DNA from: Candidatus Poseidoniaceae archaeon
GTDB taxonomy: Archaea > Thermoplasmatota > Poseidoniia > Poseidoniales > Poseidoniaceae
NCBI GenBank assembly: GCA_938030705.1
Contig: CALHIR010000010.1
Span: forward strand, 47,130 to 111,129
Length of the DNA stretch: 64,000 bases
Direction of reading: 5' to 3'
In this document: piece by piece, positions 62,048-64,000 of the stretch
Layout: each line of letters opens with the position of its first letter
How positions within the stretch are numbered: the stretch's first letter is position 1
Notes under the pieces: model-generated
Told to the model about the DNA's origin: nothing
What the model saw: the letters and a program-made list of their open reading frames with translations, nothing else
Databases searched by the model: none
Translations under genes and position numbers: made by a program

Positions 62048-63598
62048 ATGAACTGCGGCGCATGCGGTGAACAAATTCCAGCAGACAGTATGTTCTGCCC
62101 CGAATGTGGAGCCCGGCAAGACAATTCCGTCGCCGGAGGGTTCGCTCCAACACCCAACCAAAGCATTCCAACTTTCCCTCCGCAGCAGCGAACATTTGAC
62201 CCCGTTTCTGGGGATGCCCAGCGAATGCAACAAGAGAGCAACATGAATCAGATGGGTCAGTTGCCCCAGGATATGCTCCAAGGGATGGCTCAGGGCTTGC
62301 AGCATCAACAAAACCTCCCGCCCGGTACCTATCCTCAACAACCGCTGCAAGGGAACTTCCCTCCGAACCAACTTCCGCCGAACCAACTTCCCCCAAACCA
62401 GTTCCCTCCGAACCAATTTCCTCCCAATCAATTTCCTCCCAATCAATTTCCTCCGCAACAAGGCAATGTTGTGCCGGCTCCTTCTCAAAAGCCCATGAGC
62501 GATCTGCCCCCCCTTCAGCGTGGGCCCTCGATCGCCAGTGGAACTCCGCCAGCAACCGGCAACGTGTCTCCAATGGCTGCCGGCGGCACCAAAGTTGCCC
62601 ACAACCCCTCAAACTCTCCAACTGACGCTATGGTGAACAGGCTCGCAGAGGCCGAACGGGCCGTCAAAGATGAACGGCGAAATCAGTGGCTTTCGATGAA
62701 CCAATCTCCAGCATCTTCCGTCTTGGCAAACCTTGGTGGAGGAGAACTCCCTGCTCACCTCCGTGGAGGTGGAGAGGCCGCCAACCCTGCAGCAGACATC
62801 ATGGCTGGCGCCCTTGGTGCGCCTTCTAGCGATGCACCCAGCGAAGCGCTTCTTCGTCGCATCTCGGAAGTCGCTGTACGCCGTGTGGCACGGAAGCGAG
62901 GCGTTGCGGTTGAGGCGCCACAAAGCAAATTGAGCGGCGACATGTTTGACGTCAACATCACCTATGTGGACGATGGGCGTGTTTTGGATACGCCCGAGGA
63001 CTTGACGCAAGCCTTTGAACATGCCATTCAAACAGAACTCGCTTTGAAAGGGTTTGACCTGTCATGTAACATCACCATGTTCCGTTCAAAGGATGGGAAA
63101 ACGGAAAAAATCGGTGAAGAAGAAGCCGAAGAGGACATGTTTGCCTGTGAAATTTGCGACGGACTCGTGAAAGAAAGCGATCCTGTCTGCCCACACTGTG
63201 GCGCCATGTTCGAAGAAGAGGAAGATGAAGCAGAGCAAGCCCCTCCCTCCAAATCGGGCCCTCCCGGTCCTAAGAAAGGCGGTCCTCCGGGGCCGTCCAA
63301 AGGCGGCCCTCCCGGTCCGAAGAAAGGCGGCCCTCCCGGTCCCAAGAAAGGCGGCCCTTCGGGGCCGTCCAAAGGCGGTCCTCCCGGCCCCAAGAAAGGC
63401 GGTCCTCCCGGTCCTAAGAAAGGCGGCCCTCCTGGCGGTCCGAAGAAGAGCGGCCCTCCCGGCGGTCCGAAGAAGAGCGGTCCTCCTGGCGGTCCGAAGA
63501 AGAGCAGTCCTCCTGGCGGTCCGAAGAAGAGCGGTCCTCCCGGCGGCCCGAAGAAGAGCGGTCCTCCCGGTGGACCCAAGCGTGGTCCACCAAGGTGA
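62048..63598 (+). CDS. double zinc-ribbon protein with Pro/Gln pentapeptide repeats and a Gly/Pro/Lys-rich repeat tail
   Basis: 516 aa. N-terminal CGACG...CPECG, internal CEICD...CPHCG. (F/L)PPNQ x7. C-terminal GPPGPKKG / GPPGGPKKS repeats, about 14 copies. Confidence 0.6.
   Translation: MNCGACGEQIPADSMFCPECGARQDNSVAGGFAPTPNQSIPTFPPQQRTFDPVSGDAQRMQQESNMNQMGQLPQDMLQGMAQGLQHQQNLPPGTYPQQPLQGNFPPNQLPPNQLPPNQFPPNQFPPNQFPPNQFPPQQGNVVPAPSQKPMSDLPPLQRGPSIASGTPPATGNVSPMAAGGTKVAHNPSNSPTDAMVNRLAEAERAVKDERRNQWLSMNQSPASSVLANLGGGELPAHLRGGGEAANPAADIMAGALGAPSSDAPSEALLRRISEVAVRRVARKRGVAVEAPQSKLSGDMFDVNITYVDDGRVLDTPEDLTQAFEHAIQTELALKGFDLSCNITMFRSKDGKTEKIGEEEAEEDMFACEICDGLVKESDPVCPHCGAMFEEEEDEAEQAPPSKSGPPGPKKGGPPGPSKGGPPGPKKGGPPGPKKGGPSGPSKGGPPGPKKGGPPGPKKGGPPGGPKKSGPPGGPKKSGPPGGPKKSSPPGGPKKSGPPGGPKKSGPPGGPKRGPPR
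62360..62457 (+). repeat. 15-nt coding tandem repeat (ccgaaccaa[ct]ttcc-like), about 7 copies
   Basis: Direct reading of the sequence; encodes PPNQ(L/F). Confidence 0.8.
63256..63590 (+). repeat. 24/27-nt coding tandem repeats (ggcggtcctcccggtccgaagaaa-like), about 13 copies
   Basis: Direct reading; encodes GPPGPKKG and then GPPGGPKKS units. It generates long artefactual ORFs on the opposite strand. Confidence 0.8.
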
Positions 63599-63615
63599 GG
63601 ATTTGAGGTGCCAAC

Positions 63616-64000
63616 ATGGGCTCCGTTGACTTTGGAGGAATCGGATTTTCCGGTAGATTGCGCCCGTCCCAATTGGCTGCAAAAACGGTCATCAAAAAGC
63701 AACTCGAAGGCGGTGCGAACCAACTTTACATCGTCGCTCCGCCGGGTTCAGGAAAAACCATCCTTGGTCTCTATGTTTGGGCTGACATGATTCGGAAACC
63801 CGCCCTTGTGCTTTCCCCAAACTCGGCCATACAAGCGCAATGGCTCTCTCGGACCTCGTTATTTGATCTGGATGGACACGAGAACAATTTGAGTTTGGAC
63901 CCGAAAAAACCCGGTTTGCTCACCTCCCTTACGTACCAATCCCTAACGATGGTTCGAACCCAAGGCGGCGACCTTGAGGAAGCCGGCTTGCGAATGTGGT
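63616..64000 (+). CDS. SF2 (DEAD/DEAH or type III restriction-like) helicase, N-terminal fragment continuing past the window
   Basis: My own translation from the ATG at about 63616: MGSVDFGGIGFSGRLRPSQLAAKTVIKKQLEGGANQLYIVAPPGSGKTILGL... (Walker A in helicase motif I context). No stop before 64000, so it is not in the ORF track. Confidence 0.55.
   Translation, partial: MGSVDFGGIGFSGRLRPSQLAAKTVIKKQLEGGANQLYIVAPPGSGKTILGLYVWADMIRKPALVLSPNSAIQAQWLSRTSLFDLDGHENNLSLDPKKPGLLTSLTYQSLTMVRTQGGDLEEAGLRMW

Noticed and set aside
62300-63600. Possible CRISPR array because of regular direct repeats
   Set aside because: The repeats are contiguous with no unique spacers, they are in-frame coding repeats (PPNQF and GPPGPKKG), and no cas genes are nearby.
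63028-63723. 231-aa and 198-aa minus-strand ORFs over the repeat tract
   Set aside because: They are artefacts of the repetitive GC-rich sequence on the antisense strand. The products are pure low-complexity (GPPGG)n.

Overview
This 64-kb window is a gene-dense, high-GC (roughly 55-60%) chromosomal segment that looks archaeal, and most of it is ordinary core genome. Archaeal markers include ribosomal proteins L10e, L44e, S27e and L37e; aIF2-alpha with Nop10; ABCE1/RLI; Hel308; RPA with a zinc finger; geranylgeranyl reductase and GGPP synthase; class-III-signal pilins; and an archaeal-type TyrRS. It also carries bacterial-like modules (gyrAB, mutS-mutL, ETF with an acyl-CoA dehydrogenase). The gene set and the many secreted beta-propeller proteins fit a Thermoplasmatota/Marine-Group-II-like archaeon, but that is inference only. 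I called about 58 CDS, one tRNA-Ser(CGA) and two coding tandem-repeat tracts. I found no CRISPR array, integrase or transposase.

The most unusual content is:
- Two tandem paralogous genes at 40451..44099, each a Cas4/RecB-like 4-Cys PD-(D/E)xK nuclease domain fused to RPA-like OB folds. This is the best candidate for an undescribed ssDNA-processing system.
- A stand-alone MCM N-terminal (zinc-finger plus OB) protein without the AAA+ domain.
- A compact Tad-like type IV pilus operon whose TadC/FlaJ-like membrane protein is split by a single in-frame TGA.
- Tandem squalene/phytoene-synthase paralogs (HpnC/HpnD-like).
- A protein with two zinc ribbons and long DNA-level tandem repeats.

The supplied ORF track admits GTG and TTG starts, and several of its long ORFs are antisense artefacts. 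Gene starts I re-derived from internal Met residues are approximate to a few nucleotides. Near 46.4 kb my base-level reading was inconsistent with the ORF track by one nucleotide.
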